This document shows positions 18,817 to 30,917 of a stretch of 64,000 nt of DNA, one piece after another; the stretch's first letter is position 1, and every line of letters begins with the position of its first letter. The notes under the pieces were generated by a model. The model was not told the origin of the DNA. It made no database searches and worked only from the letters and a program-made list of their open reading frames with translations. Source of the DNA: an uncultured Candidatus Rokubacteria bacterium (lineage in GTDB: Bacteria; Methylomirabilota; Methylomirabilia; Rokubacteriales; CSP1-6); assembly GCA_963762145.1 (NCBI GenBank), contig CAVXJS010000013.1, forward strand, positions 32,001 to 96,000. The letters are read 5' to 3'. The position numbers were made by a program, and so were the translations under genes.

Positions 18817-21800
18817 GTGCGCCGTTTTCTCGGGTCGTTCCTCGTCCCGTTCCTCTTGCTCGCGATTCCGCTCGGCGTCCTGGCCGGTCTCGGGTTCGTG
18901 GCGGCCCACCGGCAGCTCGTGCGCACGCGCGACGCGGCGGTCGTCCGGACCGTGGACGCGGTGAACGCCCTCGTCGCCGACTACCAGGAGTCGTTGCGGC
19001 GCGAGACGATCCTCCTCGCCAGCGACCCCGCCGTGGTCGAGGGAGCGGTCAAGGGCGACTGGGCCATCCTGGCCCGCGGCGCCTCGCCACGAGTGCTGGC
19101 GGTCACGCGCGACGGGCTCGCCGACTTCATCACGATCCGTGACGGGCGCGGCACGCCACTGGTCCAGGTGCCGGCGGGCCCGTCGCCCAGTCTCCCCGGC
19201 GCGCCCGCCGTCACCGAGCCGGTCCTGACCCTGCGGCTGGCGGGCGGCCAGCCGTACTTCCTGGTTACCGCGCCGGTGCAGGCCCCGTCCGGCCGCGAGC
19301 CGTCCGGTGGTCCGGGCGTCGTGGTGGCCGGCCGCCGCCTCGACGGGCTGGGCGTCGTGCTGGATCGGCTGCCCGCGCGGCCGGCCGTGGCGTTCATCGC
19401 GGGCGACCGCGCGCTTGCGACCAGCCGGAGCGACCTGCCCGCGAGCGGGTGGGCTCGCGCGACCACGGTCGGCGCGACCGACGTGGGGAACGAACCCTTC
19501 GCGGTCCGCCGGCTCGCGGAGCCGGTCGTGACGTCGCCCGACGGCGGCCTCTGGGTGGTGCTCTCGGTGCGCGAGTTCGCGCGCGCCGAGCGCCGTCTGC
19601 TGCTGGAGTTCATCGCCCTCCTGGGGGCGGGCATCGTGGTGCTCGCCGGCGTCGTGCTGGCCTTCCTGCCGACCGGTCGGCCGCGGCGACCGGCGGGGTC
19701 CGGTCCCGCAGACAGCCCCCGCCTGTCGCTCGAGCGCCGCAACCGCGAGCTGGAAGCGCTGAACGCGGTGTTCGACACGATGAGCCGCGGCTCCGACCTC
19801 GCCACCACCGCCGGGGAGAGCCTCGAGATCGTGCGCGGCCTCGCGCGGATGGACGTCGGCCTGGTCTACCGTCTGGACCACGAGAGCAATCAGCTGGTCC
19901 TGGAGGGTCAGAGCGGCGTCGATCCCCGCTATCTGGACCGCTCCCGCAACCGCCCGGTGGAAGGCTCCCACATGGGTGACGCCGCGCGCACCGGTCAGAT
20001 CATCGTCACGCACCTGGACGCGACGCCGCCGTCCGATGCGGAGATCCGCGAGATGGCGGCCGAGCGGGCTCACCGCATCCAGCTTGCCCTGCCGATCCCG
20101 GTCGAGCACCGGACCTGGGGCGTGATGGTCCTCGTCTCCAAGGAGGATCGCGACTTCGCGCCGGAGGAGCTGACGATCTTCTCGGCGGTGGCCCACCAGG
20201 TGGGCCTGGCCGTCGAGCGTGCCCAGCTTCGCGACATGGCGGCGGTGCGCCTGAGTCGACTCGAAGCGCAGCGCGTGATCGAGCGGCACATCTCCGAGCA
20301 CCTCGACACCGAGGAATTGCTGGTGGTCATCGCGCGATCGGCCCAGCGGCTGGTCGGGGGGACGTTCTCCGCGCTGTACCTGCTGGAGGGCGACACCCTG
20401 CGTCCGCGCGCCTGGTCCGACATCCCGGACTGGATCCGGGATCTCCGGTTCAAGATCGGCGCCGGCGTGGCGGGCGCGGCGCTGGCCGCCGGGCGCGGCG
20501 CCCGCGCCAACGACTATCCGAGCTCGCCCGGCGCGATGGCCGAGTTCATCCCGTTCACCAGCCGGCTGCTGGCCGCGCCTCTGATGGCGGGCGACCAGCC
20601 CCTGGGGGTGATGACGGCCGGGCGGGGGCCCGGCGGGCCTCCGTTCACCGAGGAGGATCTCTCCACCCTGACCGACTTCGCCACGCAGGCCGCGGTGGCG
20701 CTCGAGAACGCGCGGCTCTTCGACGAGGCCACCCGCAACGCCGCGCAGTACCAGGCGCTGCTCGAGGTGAGCGGCGCGGTCAGCTCGACCCTCGACGTGG
20801 ACCGGGTCCTCGATCTGGTCCTCGAACGGTGCCAGGCGCTCCTCGGGGTGGCCGCGGTCGGCGCGATGCGGATCGATCGGGAAACCGGGGTGGTCGCCTT
20901 CGAGCGCGGCCGCGGCCTGTCGAGCGCCTTCACGTCGGCCCTCCGCATGCGGCTGGGTGAGGGGACCACCGGTCGCGCGATCGAGGAGCGCGTCCCGGTC
21001 TGGAGCGAGGACGTGCTGAGGGACCCGGCGGTGGCGATCAACCCGGAGGCCCGGGCCCTGATCCAGCGCGAGGGCTACCGCGCGGTCCTGTCCGTCCCCA
21101 TGCTGACCAAGGGGAACACGCACGGCAAAGGTGACGCGCACGGCGCGATCGCGGCGTACTGGTGGGAGCCGCACACGCCGACCCCCTCGGAGATCTCGAT
21201 CATGACCGCGCTCGCCGGGCAGGCGGCGACCGCGCTCGATAACGCCCGGCTCTTCGGCCAGGAGCGCGACCGCAAGGCGTCCCTGACCTCGCTCCTCGAG
21301 ATCAACAAGAAGATCGGGGCGCTCGCGACCCCGGAGAGCCTGCTGACCTCCATCGCGGAGGAGGCGGCGCGGCTGCTCGACGTCGACAACGCCGGCTTCC
21401 GGCTGCTCGAGGGCGACGACCTGGTGGTGGCGGGCCTCGCCGGCACCGCCGGCCAGTCCATGCTGCGGGCGCGCATCAAGGTGGGCGAGAGCCTCAGCGG
21501 GCGGGTGTTCACGTCCGGCCAGGCGCTGATGTGCGAGCTCGAGGAGAGCGGAATCCTCGCCGACCACATGGCCGCCGACCGGCGCCTCGGCTACACGCAC
21601 TATCTCGGGGTGCCGCTCATGGTCGGCGAGCGGGCCATCGGAGTCCTGACCTTCCGCGGGCGGCGCGCCTTCACCGCGCGCGAGCAGGAGCTGGGGGAGA
21701 CGTTCGCCGGGCAGGCCGCCATCGCGATCGACCACTCGCGCCTCTATCGCGAGGCGTCCGAGCAGGCGGAGCGGATGCGCGTCGTGGCCGAGATGGGGCG

Positions 21801-23949
21801 CGTGCTCGTGTCCACCCTCGACGAGGCCCGGGTGCTCGAGATCGTCGAAACCCAGGCCCATGAATCGCTCGGGAGCCTCGACATCGCCATCTGGCTGCAG
21901 GAGGTGGACGGCGGGCCGCTGCACCTGGTGACCGGGCAGGGGATGTTCTCCGGCCCGCTCAGCGGGCGCGCCCAGCCGCTCAACGCGGATGAGGGCGTGG
22001 TCGGACGGGCCCTGGCCGAGCGCGCGCCGGTCTGGACGGCCGACGTGCTGAACGATTCGCGCATGCAGCTCCGCCCGGAATCGCGGCGCTGGATCGAAGA
22101 GATCGGCGGCCGCTCCATCCTCGCGGTCCCGCTCGTCCGGGAGCACCTGGCGGGGGCCCTCGTCGTGTATCGCCCGGTGGGCCAGGTGTTCACCCGCCGT
22201 GAAGTCGAGTATCTTTCGGCCTTCGCGAACCAGATCGCGGTCGCCCTCGAGAACGCCCGGCTCTACAAGACCCTCGACGTCCGGGTCCGGGAGCTGGCGG
22301 TGCTCCACGAGCTGTCGCGCTCGGTCGCCGGCCAGCTCGATCGCGCCCGGATCCTGGACACCCTGCACCAGCAGGTGCCGCGCCTCCTGGGCGTCCAGCA
22401 CATGGCGGCGGTATTGCTCGACGAGGAGCGCACCCGCCTGGACGTGGTGCTGCGCGTCCGCGACGGGCGCCGGTGCGACGAGGAAGAGCCCCGCTCCTAC
22501 CCGCTCGGCCAGTCCGGGCTCACCACCATCGTGCTCGAGACCGGCCAGCCGATCCGGAGCGCGGACTACCTCGGCGAGTGCCGGCGGCACGGGGTGGCGC
22601 CGGTACCGAACGCCATGAACATGCCCCACGTCCTCATCGTGCCGATCACCGCGGGCGACCGGCCGCTGGGACTGCTGCTGTTGCGTAGCGCGGATCGCGC
22701 GTTCACCGAGGGCGACGAGCGGCTGCTCGCCAACATCGCTCAGCTCCTCGCGCTCATGCTCCGCAGCGCGCGCCTGTACGAGGAGCGCACGCGGGCTCTC
22801 GGCGAGCTGGGGGCTGCCCAGGACCAGCTCGTGCGCACCGAGAAGCTGCGCGCGCTCGGGGAGATGGCGTCGGGGGTGGCGCACGACTTCAACAACCTGC
22901 TCGCCTCCATCCTGGGTCGCGCGCAGCTCCTGCTCGAGCGCGTCCAGGACGCCAAGCTGCACCAGTGGATCAAGGTTATCGAGCGCGCGGCGCTGGACGG
23001 CGCCCGCACCGTACGCCGGCTGCAGGACTTCACCGGTATCCGTCGCGACCAGCCGGCGGTGGAGGTGGACCTCAACCAGGTAGTCCAGCAGGTCCTCGAG
23101 ACCACCGAGTCGATATGGCGGCAGGACCGCGCGCGGACCGGGGGCGCCGAGATCCAGGTGGAGACCGGGCTGGCCGAGGGGTTGCCGGCCGTCGCGGGCG
23201 ATCCGGCCGAGCTGCGCGAGGCCTTCACCAACCTGGTCCTGAACGCGGTCGACGCGATGCCCAAGGGAGGCACCCTCACCCTGCGCACCCAGGCCATCGA
23301 CGGTCAGGTCCAGGTGGAGGTGCGCGACACCGGGACGGGCATTCCCGAGCACGTCCGCGAGAAGATCTTCGATCCGTTCTTCACGACCAAGGGGCCGAAG
23401 GGCACCGGCCTCGGCCTCTCGATGGCCTATGGTATCCTCCAGCGCCACAGCGGGCGGATCACGGTCGAGAGCGAAGAAGGGCACGGCACGATCTTCCGCC
23501 TGCTCTTCCCGGCCGCGGTCTCGGGCTCGGTGGAGGCGGCGGCCCCGCCGCTCGCGGCGGAACCCGGCGCGCTGACCTCGCGGCACTGCCTGGTGGTGGA
23601 CGACGAGCAGGAGGTGGGCGACGTGGTGGCCGATATCCTCGCTACCGCCGGGCACACCGCGGTGACCGTCCGGAGCGGCAAGGAAGCGGTGGATCGACTC
23701 GTTGCCGAGCGGTTCGACGTGGTCTTCACCGACCTCGCGATGCCCGGCATGACGGGCTGGGAGGTCGCGCGCGCGGTCAAGGACCGGGCGCCGGAGGTGC
23801 CGGTGGTGATGATGAGCGGATTCGGGGTGGAGGTGGCGCCCGAGGACCTGCCCGCCCGCGGGGTGGACGCGGTCCTGGCCAAGCCGCTCCAGATCCAGGA
23901 CGTCCTGCACACGCTGACCGCCGTCCGCCCGGGGAAAAGCCGGCGGTGA
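18817..23949 (+). CDS. Hybrid sensor histidine kinase: 2 TM + extracytoplasmic Cache-like region + six GAF + HisKA + HATPase + REC
   Basis: Six GAF units ending [39 protein letters not shown] and LRSARLY. H-box [10 protein letters not shown]; [10 protein letters not shown]; DTGTG; FFTTK; GTGLGL; REC VVDDE...TDLAMPG. TATAAT at 18783-88 upstream. Confidence 0.92.
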   Translation: MRRFLGSFLVPFLLLAIPLGVLAGLGFVAAHRQLVRTRDAAVVRTVDAVNALVADYQESLRRETILLASDPAVVEGAVKGDWAILARGASPRVLAVTRDGLADFITIRDGRGTPLVQVPAGPSPSLPGAPAVTEPVLTLRLAGGQPYFLVTAPVQAPSGREPSGGPGVVVAGRRLDGLGVVLDRLPARPAVAFIAGDRALATSRSDLPASGWARATTVGATDVGNEPFAVRRLAEPVVTSPDGGLWVVLSVREFARAERRLLLEFIALLGAGIVVLAGVVLAFLPTGRPRRPAGSGPADSPRLSLERRNRELEALNAVFDTMSRGSDLATTAGESLEIVRGLARMDVGLVYRLDHESNQLVLEGQSGVDPRYLDRSRNRPVEGSHMGDAARTGQIIVTHLDATPPSDAEIREMAAERAHRIQLALPIPVEHRTWGVMVLVSKEDRDFAPEELTIFSAVAHQVGLAVERAQLRDMAAVRLSRLEAQRVIERHISEHLDTEELLVVIARSAQRLVGGTFSALYLLEGDTLRPRAWSDIPDWIRDLRFKIGAGVAGAALAAGRGARANDYPSSPGAMAEFIPFTSRLLAAPLMAGDQPLGVMTAGRGPGGPPFTEEDLSTLTDFATQAAVALENARLFDEATRNAAQYQALLEVSGAVSSTLDVDRVLDLVLERCQALLGVAAVGAMRIDRETGVVAFERGRGLSSAFTSALRMRLGEGTTGRAIEERVPVWSEDVLRDPAVAINPEARALIQREGYRAVLSVPMLTKGNTHGKGDAHGAIAAYWWEPHTPTPSEISIMTALAGQAATALDNARLFGQERDRKASLTSLLEINKKIGALATPESLLTSIAEEAARLLDVDNAGFRLLEGDDLVVAGLAGTAGQSMLRARIKVGESLSGRVFTSGQALMCELEESGILADHMAADRRLGYTHYLGVPLMVGERAIGVLTFRGRRAFTAREQELGETFAGQAAIAIDHSRLYREASEQAERMRVVAEMGRVLVSTLDEARVLEIVETQAHESLGSLDIAIWLQEVDGGPLHLVTGQGMFSGPLSGRAQPLNADEGVVGRALAERAPVWTADVLNDSRMQLRPESRRWIEEIGGRSILAVPLVREHLAGALVVYRPVGQVFTRREVEYLSAFANQIAVALENARLYKTLDVRVRELAVLHELSRSVAGQLDRARILDTLHQQVPRLLGVQHMAAVLLDEERTRLDVVLRVRDGRRCDEEEPRSYPLGQSGLTTIVLETGQPIRSADYLGECRRHGVAPVPNAMNMPHVLIVPITAGDRPLGLLLLRSADRAFTEGDERLLANIAQLLALMLRSARLYEERTRALGELGAAQDQLVRTEKLRALGEMASGVAHDFNNLLASILGRAQLLLERVQDAKLHQWIKVIERAALDGARTVRRLQDFTGIRRDQPAVEVDLNQVVQQVLETTESIWRQDRARTGGAEIQVETGLAEGLPAVAGDPAELREAFTNLVLNAVDAMPKGGTLTLRTQAIDGQVQVEVRDTGTGIPEHVREKIFDPFFTTKGPKGTGLGLSMAYGILQRHSGRITVESEEGHGTIFRLLFPAAVSGSVEAAAPPLAAEPGALTSRHCLVVDDEQEVGDVVADILATAGHTAVTVRSGKEAVDRLVAERFDVVFTDLAMPGMTGWEVARAVKDRAPEVPVVMMSGFGVEVAPEDLPARGVDAVLAKPLQIQDVLHTLTAVRPGKSRR

Positions 23950-25019
23950 CCAGCCCCATCATCACCGAGGCGGTGCGCGCCCTCGTAGACCGGCGCGATC
24001 TCAGCCGGATCGAGGCGGCCGCCGCGATGGAAGCCATCATGTCGGGCGCGGCGACCAACGCGCAGATCGCCGCATTCCTCACCGGGCTGCGCATGAAGGG
24101 CGAGACCGTCGAGGAGCTGATCGGCTTCGCCCAGGTGATGCGGCAGAAGGTGGTCAAAGTCCGCGCCAGCGGCGCGGACCTGGCGCAGACCGGGACGGAC
24201 CGCGAGATGCTGATCGACACCTGCGGGACCGGGGGCGACGCGTCGGGCACCTTCAACGTTTCGACCGCGACCGCCTTCGTGGCCGCGGGGGCCGGCGTCA
24301 AGGTGGCCAAGCACGGCAACCGCTCGGTCTCCTCGCTCTGCGGCTCGGCCGACGTGGTGGAGGCGCTCGGGATCAACATCGAGCTGAGCCCGGCGAAGGT
24401 GGCGCGCTGCGTGGACGAGGTGGGGATCGGCTTCCTGTACGCGCCGCTCCTGCACACCGCCATGAAGCACGTGATGGCGGCGCGCCGCGAGATGGGCGTG
24501 CGCACCGTCTTCAACATGCTCGGGCCCCTGACCAATCCCGCGGGGGCCAACGCGCAGGTGATCGGGGTGTACGCGGCCCCGCTCACCGAGCTGCTCGCCC
24601 GCGCGCTGGCCGAGCTCGGGACGATCCGCGCCTTCGTCGTCCACGGCGCCGACGGGCTCGACGAGATCTCGAACACCGGGGAGAGCCACGTCGCCGAGGT
24701 GCACGAAGGCGTGGTCCGGACCGGCCGCGTCCGTCCCGAGGACTTCGGCATGCCGCGGGCCGCCATCGGCGACCTGCAGGGGGGCGACCGGCAGGAGAAC
24801 GCCGCCATCATCCGTCGCGTGCTCGGGGGGGAGGAGGGGCCCCGGCGCGACATCGTGCTGATGAACGCGGCGGCCGCGCTGGTGGTGGGGGCCCGGGCGC
24901 GCGACTTCAAGGAGGGGGTGACCCTGGCCGCCCGGTCGATCGATTCGGGCGCCGCCGCCGGGAAGCTGGACGCGCTGGTGGCGTTCTCCCAGCGCCTGAG
25001 CGCCGAGGCGCCCGTCTAG
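23946..25019 (+). CDS. trpD: Anthranilate phosphoribosyltransferase
   Basis: [52 protein letters not shown] start overlaps the kinase stop. Confidence 0.95.
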   Translation: MTSPIITEAVRALVDRRDLSRIEAAAAMEAIMSGAATNAQIAAFLTGLRMKGETVEELIGFAQVMRQKVVKVRASGADLAQTGTDREMLIDTCGTGGDASGTFNVSTATAFVAAGAGVKVAKHGNRSVSSLCGSADVVEALGINIELSPAKVARCVDEVGIGFLYAPLLHTAMKHVMAARREMGVRTVFNMLGPLTNPAGANAQVIGVYAAPLTELLARALAELGTIRAFVVHGADGLDEISNTGESHVAEVHEGVVRTGRVRPEDFGMPRAAIGDLQGGDRQENAAIIRRVLGGEEGPRRDIVLMNAAAALVVGARARDFKEGVTLAARSIDSGAAAGKLDALVAFSQRLSAEAPV

Positions 25020-25048
25020 CCAGGCCGGAGCAGGCGCGGTGGGGCCCA

Positions 25049-25078
25049 TTGACCCCGCGAGCCCGGGCCGGTTACAAT
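25049..25078 (+). promoter_or_regulatory. Sigma70-type promoter upstream of the GntR/etf operon
   Basis: TTGACC (25049-54), 18 bp spacer, TACAAT (25073-78). Confidence 0.6.
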
Positions 25079-25143
25079 GGCGCCGGTCGCAGTAACTGCC
25101 TGTCGCGCCTGAGTGAATCCGGTCCCGATGCTCGACGAGGACG

Positions 25144-26034
25144 TTGAGCGACCGCAGGAGTTCTAGAACACCGAGCGTGGGGGCTCACTTGGCGAGTCGC
25201 GTGCCGCGGTATCACCAGATCGCTCAGGTGCTTCGCGAGCGGATCGCGACCTCCGCGCAGGGACCCGGCGAGCGCCTGGACAATCAGCGCAGCCTCGCGC
25301 GCGAGTTCGGTGTCACGCTCATGACGCTTCGCCAGGCCCTGGATCTGCTCGAGCGTGACGGCCTCATCGCCCGCCGGCATGGTCTCGGGACCTTCGTCGC
25401 GCGGCCCGCCATCGACTACGACATCCTGCATCTTCGCGCGCTCGCCGGAGATCTCTCCGCGCTCGGCGAGGACGTGGCGACGCGGTTCCTCCGGAGCCGC
25501 TTCGAGCCGGCCGACCGCCGGGTGGCCGAGGCGCTCGGGCTGGCGGAGCACGCGGAGGTGTTCGTGCTCGAGCGTCTCCGGCTGGTGGACGGCGAGCCGG
25601 TGAGCTTCCAGGCCTCGTACCTCCCGGCCGCGATCGGGGCGGACGTCTCGCGCGCCGACCTCGCGGTGACCCCGCTCCGCCAGGTGCTGACCTTCAAGCT
25701 CGGGATCGAGATCACGGCCGCCCGCGAGACCGTCTCCGCGGTGCCGCTCGATCGTCGCGCCGCCCACGAGCTGGGCTGCCGGCCCGGGATCGCCGCCTTC
25801 CGCTCCGACCGCGTCTCGGCGGGTCCCGACGGCACCCCGATCGTCTACGACCGCGTCTTCATCCCCGGCGATCGCTTCCGCATCACCCGCAACCTGAAAT
25901 ACGACACGACCACGGTCGCCAGCAACGACGCATCAGCGGGTCCAATCGCCTCACGCGAAGCAGTTCGGATGAGCGCCGAAGGCGCGAAGAAGCCCAGCCG
26001 CAAAACCGGAATCTTCCACGTTCAACCACTATGA
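25144..26034 (+). CDS. GntR/HutC-family regulator (wHTH + UTRA)
   Basis: PRYHQIAQVLRERI, LAREFGVTLMTLRQAL, GLGTFV and UTRA LERLRLVDGEP. Start may be TTG 25189. The last ~45 aa look atypical. Confidence 0.88.
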   Translation: MSDRRSSRTPSVGAHLASRVPRYHQIAQVLRERIATSAQGPGERLDNQRSLAREFGVTLMTLRQALDLLERDGLIARRHGLGTFVARPAIDYDILHLRALAGDLSALGEDVATRFLRSRFEPADRRVAEALGLAEHAEVFVLERLRLVDGEPVSFQASYLPAAIGADVSRADLAVTPLRQVLTFKLGIEITAARETVSAVPLDRRAAHELGCRPGIAAFRSDRVSAGPDGTPIVYDRVFIPGDRFRITRNLKYDTTTVASNDASAGPIASREAVRMSAEGAKKPSRKTGIFHVQPL

Positions 26035-26065
26035 AAGACCTTGAAAGCATGAAAGGGCCTCGGGC

Positions 26066-26845
26066 ATGAAGATCCTCGTCATGATCAAGCAGGTTCCGGA
26101 CACGGCCACGCAGGTGAAGATCGCCGCCGACGGGCGCGCCATCGACACCGCGGGCATCACCTGGATCGTCTCTCCGTACGATGAGTTCGCGGTGGAGGAG
26201 GCGCTCCGGATCAAGGAGAAGCGCGGGCAGGGCGAGGTGGTGGCCGTCTCGCTCGGCCCCGACCGCGGCAAGGAGGCGCTGCGCTCGTGCCTGGCCATGG
26301 GCGCTGACCGCGCCATCCACCTGAACGATCCCGCCTGGGCGGAGGCCGATACGCTGACGACCGCGCGCGCGCTCGCGGGCGTGATCAAGCAGGAGGCGCC
26401 CGGGCTGGCCCTCTTCGGCCGGCAGGCCATCGACGACGACATGGGCGCGGTGCCCGCGCAGGTCGCCGAGCTGCTCGGGTGGCCGTGCGCGTCCTGGATC
26501 ATGGAAGAGGTGGTCGACGCCGACGCCAAGACGATCCGGGTGGGGCGCCAGGTGGAGGGCGGTCTCGAGATCTTCGACCTGCCGCTGCCCGCCGTCGCGT
26601 CCGCGCAGAAGGGGCTCAACGAGCCGCGCTATCCCACCCTGAAGGGGATCATGGGCGCCAAGAAGAAGGAGATCAAGGACGTGAAGGCGGCCGATCTCGG
26701 CCTGGCCGCCGAGCCGCCCGCCCTCAGCGTCGTCAAGCTCGAGAGCCTGCCCCCGCGCCCGCCCGGCCGCATCATCCAGGGCGAGCCCGCGGCCGCGGCC
26801 AAGGAGCTCGTCCGCGCCCTTCGAGAAGACTCCAAGGCCATCTAA
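26066..26845 (+). CDS. etfB: Electron transfer flavoprotein beta subunit
   Basis: KQVPDT, PYDEFAVEEAL, GRQAIDDD, LNEPRYP. Confidence 0.94.
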   Translation: MKILVMIKQVPDTATQVKIAADGRAIDTAGITWIVSPYDEFAVEEALRIKEKRGQGEVVAVSLGPDRGKEALRSCLAMGADRAIHLNDPAWAEADTLTTARALAGVIKQEAPGLALFGRQAIDDDMGAVPAQVAELLGWPCASWIMEEVVDADAKTIRVGRQVEGGLEIFDLPLPAVASAQKGLNEPRYPTLKGIMGAKKKEIKDVKAADLGLAAEPPALSVVKLESLPPRPPGRIIQGEPAAAAKELVRALREDSKAI

Positions 26846-26872
26846 CGAACAAAGACTAGAAAAAAACTACAA

Positions 26873-26948
26873 CGGTTGTCCGCCGACTGGGGGAGTGCGG
26901 GGGCCATGTCTGGTCCCCCGCATATGGAGAGCTTGAAGAAGTAAACGG
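26873..26948 (-). repeat. Intergenic repeat family A, copy 2
   Basis: Reverse complement ccgtttacttcttcaagctctccatatgcgggggaccagacatggcccccgcactcccccagtcggcggacaaccg aligns with 8965-9037. Confidence 0.85.
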
Positions 26949-26973
26949 CAGTCAACGACACAGAGAGGACGAC

Positions 26974-27960
26974 ATGCCAGGCGCGTACTGGAACATCGTG
27001 GAGGACGATCGGCAGGGCGCACCCAAGAAGGTGATGGCCGAGGTGCTGGGCGAGGCCGCGCGTCTGGCGGGCGCGGCGGGGGCGCAGGCCGAGGCGGTGT
27101 GGCTGACCGACAAGGCCACTCCCGAGGGGCTGAAGCAGCTCGGGGAGTGGGGCGCCAAGCGCGTCTGGCTCTTCGAGAACGCCGCGTTCGCGCCGTACCG
27201 GGCGGAGGTCTGGACCCCGGTGGTGGCGGAGCTGGCCGGCAAGGAAACTCCGCAGGCCATCTTCGCGCCGGTGACCACGCGGCAGCGCGAGTTCATGGCC
27301 CGGCTGGCCGCGCGTTTGGGCGCGGGGCTCGCGGCCGACTCGACCGTGCTCACCGCCGACGGCGGCAAGCTGGTCGCGACGCGGCCGGTCTACGCGGGCA
27401 AGCTGCTCGCCAAGATGACGTGGGCGAAGACGCCGTGGATGGCGACGCTGCGGCCCAACGTGTTCCGGCCCGGCGACGGCGCGGGCGCCGCCGCGACGGT
27501 GGAGAAGCCGACCGGGAGCATCCCGACCGAGAGCATGAAGCTGGTCGAGCGCAAGCAGGAGGCCAACACGGGCCTGCCCGAGCTGACCGAGGCGGAGATC
27601 GTCGTCTCGGGTGGCCGCGGCCTCAAGGGTCCGGAGAACTTCGTCATCCTGGAGGAGCTCGCCAAGGTGATGGGCGCGGCGGTGGGCGCCTCGCGGGCCG
27701 CGGTGGACGCGGGCTGGCGGCCGCATCGCTTCCAGATCGGTCAGACCGGCCGGACGATCTCGCCCAAGCTCTACCTGGGCTTCGGCATCTCGGGCGCGAT
27801 CCAGCACCTGGCCGGCATGCGCACGTCGAAGGTGATCTGCGCGATCAACAAGGATCCGGAAGCGCCGATCTTCAAGATCGCCGACTACGGCATCGTCGGC
27901 GACCTCTTCGAGGTCGCCCCGCTCCTGACAAAGGAATTCAAGCAGCTCCTGGAGAAGTAG
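26974..27960 (+). CDS. etfA: Electron transfer flavoprotein alpha subunit
   Basis: [45 protein letters not shown]. Confidence 0.95.
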   Translation: MPGAYWNIVEDDRQGAPKKVMAEVLGEAARLAGAAGAQAEAVWLTDKATPEGLKQLGEWGAKRVWLFENAAFAPYRAEVWTPVVAELAGKETPQAIFAPVTTRQREFMARLAARLGAGLAADSTVLTADGGKLVATRPVYAGKLLAKMTWAKTPWMATLRPNVFRPGDGAGAAATVEKPTGSIPTESMKLVERKQEANTGLPELTEAEIVVSGGRGLKGPENFVILEELAKVMGAAVGASRAAVDAGWRPHRFQIGQTGRTISPKLYLGFGISGAIQHLAGMRTSKVICAINKDPEAPIFKIADYGIVGDLFEVAPLLTKEFKQLLEK

Positions 27961-27977
27961 AAGAGCGAAGCCACAAA

Positions 27978-28053
27978 CGAATGTCCGCCATCTGGGGGAG
28001 TGCGGGGGCCATTTCTGGGCCCCCGCATATGACAAGCTTAAAGAACTAAACCG
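27978..28053 (-). repeat. Intergenic repeat family A, copy 3
   Basis: Reverse complement ggtttagttctttaagcttgtcatatgcgggggcccagaaatggcccccgcactcccccagatggcggacattcg aligns with copies 1 and 2. Confidence 0.85.
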
Positions 28054-28077
28054 ATGTTCGCAGGAGGAGCATAGGAG

Positions 28078-29235
28078 TTGGACCTCGACCTCACGGAAGA
28101 GCAGGCCATGATCCGGGACCTCGCCCGCGAGTTCGCGGAGAAAGAGGTGCGCCCGATCGCGGAGGCCATCGACCGTGAGGCCCGCTTCCCTCGAGAGACC
28201 GTCGCCCGCATGGGCGAGCTGGGGCTGATGGGCATCGCGGTGCCGGAGTCCTACGGGGGCAGCGGCGGCGACACGGTGGGCTACGTCCTGGCCGTCGAGG
28301 AGCTGGCCCGGGCCTGCGCCTCCCACGCGGTCATCATGTCGGTGAACAACTCGCTCTACTGCGACCCGGTCTGCCAGCACGGCACCGAGGAGCAGAAGGC
28401 GCGCTTCCTCACGCCCTTCGCGGCCGGGCAGAAGCTCGGCTGCTTCGCCCTCACCGAGCCGGAGGCGGGGTCGGACGCGAGCAACCAGACCACCCTCGCG
28501 GCGCGGGACGGCGACGGCTACGTGCTCGACGGACGGAAGATCTTCGTGACCAACGGGCGCGAGGCCTCGGCCGCCCTTGTCTTCGCGCAGACCGATCGCG
28601 CGGCCGGGCATCGCGGCATCAGCGCCTTCCTGATCGAGAAGGGCACGCCCGGCTTCACGGTGGTCAAGACCGAGGACAAGCTCGGCATCCGCGCCTCGGA
28701 CACCGCCGAGCTCCTCTTCGAGCGCTGCCGCGTGCCCGCCGCCAGCCGGCTGGGCGAGGTGGGGCAGGGGTTCAAGATCGCGCTCGGGACGCTCGATGTG
28801 GGGCGCATCGGCATCGCGGCGCAGGCGGTGGGCATCGCGGTGGCCGCCTACGAGGCGGCGGTGGCCTACGCCCGCGAGCGCAAGAGCTTCGGCGTGCCGA
28901 TCGGCCAGCACCAGATGGTGCAATGGATGCTGGCCGACATGGCCACCGCGATCGAGGCGGCCCGCCTGCTCACGCGGCGCGCGGCCTGGCGCAGGGATTC
29001 GGGCGCGCCCTACGGGCCGGAGGCGGCCATGGCCAAGCTCTTCGCGGCGGAGACCGCGATGCGCGTCACCACCGACGCCATCCAGGTGCACGGTGGCTAC
29101 GGCTTCATCAAGGAGTACCAGGTGGAGCGGTACTTCCGCGACGCCAAGATCACCCAGATCTACGAGGGCACCTCCCAGATCCAGAAGCTGGTCATCGCCC
29201 GGCACCTGCTTGCCGGTGTCGCCCGGGTGGCCTGA
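28078..29235 (+). CDS. Acyl-CoA dehydrogenase (butyryl-CoA/SCAD-like)
   Basis: TTG after AGGAG; [38 protein letters not shown]. Confidence 0.92.
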   Translation: MDLDLTEEQAMIRDLAREFAEKEVRPIAEAIDREARFPRETVARMGELGLMGIAVPESYGGSGGDTVGYVLAVEELARACASHAVIMSVNNSLYCDPVCQHGTEEQKARFLTPFAAGQKLGCFALTEPEAGSDASNQTTLAARDGDGYVLDGRKIFVTNGREASAALVFAQTDRAAGHRGISAFLIEKGTPGFTVVKTEDKLGIRASDTAELLFERCRVPAASRLGEVGQGFKIALGTLDVGRIGIAAQAVGIAVAAYEAAVAYARERKSFGVPIGQHQMVQWMLADMATAIEAARLLTRRAAWRRDSGAPYGPEAAMAKLFAAETAMRVTTDAIQVHGGYGFIKEYQVERYFRDAKITQIYEGTSQIQKLVIARHLLAGVARVA

Positions 29236-29251
29236 GGAGGAACCGGAGAGC

Positions 29252-30904
29252 ATGGCCGACGGCAAGGACCGGTGGGAAGAGGAAAGCTACGGGCCGTTCG
29301 TCGAGCGGACGCCCGAGCGCGACGTGCCCTACGAGACGCTCTCCGGCATCCCGGTGCAGCCGCTCTACTCGCCGGAGGACCTCAAGGGCTGGCGCTACGA
29401 GGACAAGCTGGGCTACCCGGGGGAGTTCCCGTACACGCGCGGGCCCTATCCGTCGATGTACCGCGGGCGTCTCTGGACCATGCGCATGTTCGCGGGATTC
29501 GGCCGGCCCGAGGACACCAACGCCCGCTTCAAGTACCTCCTCGCGCAGGGGCAGACCGGGCTCTCGACCGCCTTCGACATGCCCGCGCTGATGGGCTACG
29601 ACGCCGATCACCCGCGGGCGCGCGGCGAGGTCGGCCGCGAGGGCGTGTCCATCTCCACGCTCGCCGACTTCGAGATCCTGTTCCGCGATATCCCGCTGGA
29701 CCGGGTGACCACGTCGATGACCATCAACTGCACCGCGTCGGTGGCGCTCGCCATGTACCTGGCGCTCGCCGACCAGCAGGGGGTGGGCTGGGACAAGCTG
29801 GGCGGCACCATGCAGAACGACATGCTGAAGGAGTTCATCGCCCAGAAGGAATGGATCTCGCCGCCCGAGTCCGCGGTGCGGGTGGTGGTGGACACCATCG
29901 AGTTCTGCGCCCGGCACGTGCCCCGCTTCAATCCGGTCTCGATCTCCGGCTACCACATCCGGGAGGCGGGCTCGACCGCGGTGCAGGAGCTGGCCTTCAC
30001 CCTGGCCGACGGCTTCGGCTACGTGCAGGCCGGGCTCGAGCGCGGGCTCGACGTGGACGACTTCGCGCCGCGCCTGTCGTTCTTCTTCGACATCCACAAT
30101 GACTTCTTCGAGGAGATCGCCAAGCTGCGGGCGGCCCGGCGGATCTGGGCCACCGTGATGCGGGACCGGTTCCGGGCGCGGAAGCCGGAGTCCATGCGGC
30201 TGCGCACCCACACCCAGACCGCGGGGGTCTCCGCCACCGCGCAGCAGCCGCTCAACAACGTGGCGCGGGTGGCGCTGCAGGCGCTGGCCGCGGTGCTGGG
30301 CGGGGCGCAGTCGCTCCACACCAACTCCTACGACGAGGTGCTGGCCCTGCCCACCGAGGAAGCGGTGACGGTGGCGCTGCGCACCCAGCAGATCATCGCC
30401 GAGGAGACCGGGGTGGCGCTGACCGCGGATCCGCTGGGCGGCTCCTATTTCCTGGAGCGGCTGACCGACCAGATGGAAGCGCAGGCGATGGACTACATCC
30501 GCAAGATCGACGAGCTGGGCGGCATCGTGCGGGCCATCGACATCGGCTATCCGCAGCAGGAGATCGCGGACGCGGCCTACCGCTACCAGCTCATGGACGA
30601 CCGCGGGCAGAAGGCGGTGGTGGGCGTCAACAAGTACGTGATGCCCGACGAGAAGCACGTGGAGTACCTCCGCATCGACCCCGCGATCGAGCAGGAGCAG
30701 ATCGCGCGGGTGGGGCGCGTCAAGGCCTCGCGCGACGCGGCGCAGGTCGAGAAGCGCCTGAAGCAGCTCACCGCGGCCTGCCGGGAGAACCGGAACGTGA
30801 TGCCGGTGCTGGTGGACGCCGTGAAGGACTACGTCTCGCTCGGCGAGATCGCCGACGTCTATCGCCGGGTGTTCGGCCTCTACCGAGAGCCGATCATCTT
30901 CTGA
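29252..30904 (+). CDS. icmA: B12-dependent acyl-CoA mutase large subunit (MCM family, isobutyryl-CoA mutase-type residues)
   Basis: [19 protein letters not shown] (Phe at the MCM Tyr89 position), [14 protein letters not shown] (Gln at the Arg207 position), [21 protein letters not shown]. No fused B12-binding domain. Confidence 0.75.
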   Translation: MADGKDRWEEESYGPFVERTPERDVPYETLSGIPVQPLYSPEDLKGWRYEDKLGYPGEFPYTRGPYPSMYRGRLWTMRMFAGFGRPEDTNARFKYLLAQGQTGLSTAFDMPALMGYDADHPRARGEVGREGVSISTLADFEILFRDIPLDRVTTSMTINCTASVALAMYLALADQQGVGWDKLGGTMQNDMLKEFIAQKEWISPPESAVRVVVDTIEFCARHVPRFNPVSISGYHIREAGSTAVQELAFTLADGFGYVQAGLERGLDVDDFAPRLSFFFDIHNDFFEEIAKLRAARRIWATVMRDRFRARKPESMRLRTHTQTAGVSATAQQPLNNVARVALQALAAVLGGAQSLHTNSYDEVLALPTEEAVTVALRTQQIIAEETGVALTADPLGGSYFLERLTDQMEAQAMDYIRKIDELGGIVRAIDIGYPQQEIADAAYRYQLMDDRGQKAVVGVNKYVMPDEKHVEYLRIDPAIEQEQIARVGRVKASRDAAQVEKRLKQLTAACRENRNVMPVLVDAVKDYVSLGEIADVYRRVFGLYREPIIF

Positions 30905-30917
30905 GAGGGAGCCAACC

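Noticed and set aside
18754-23910. 1718-aa minus-strand ORF and many other long antisense or alternate-frame ORFs
   Set aside because: They are shadows of real + strand genes in GC-rich DNA, with Arg/Gly/Pro/His-rich translations and no motifs.
29252-30904. Annotation as methylmalonyl-CoA mutase
   Set aside because: It lacks the Tyr and Arg that bind the substrate carboxylate, having Phe and Gln instead.
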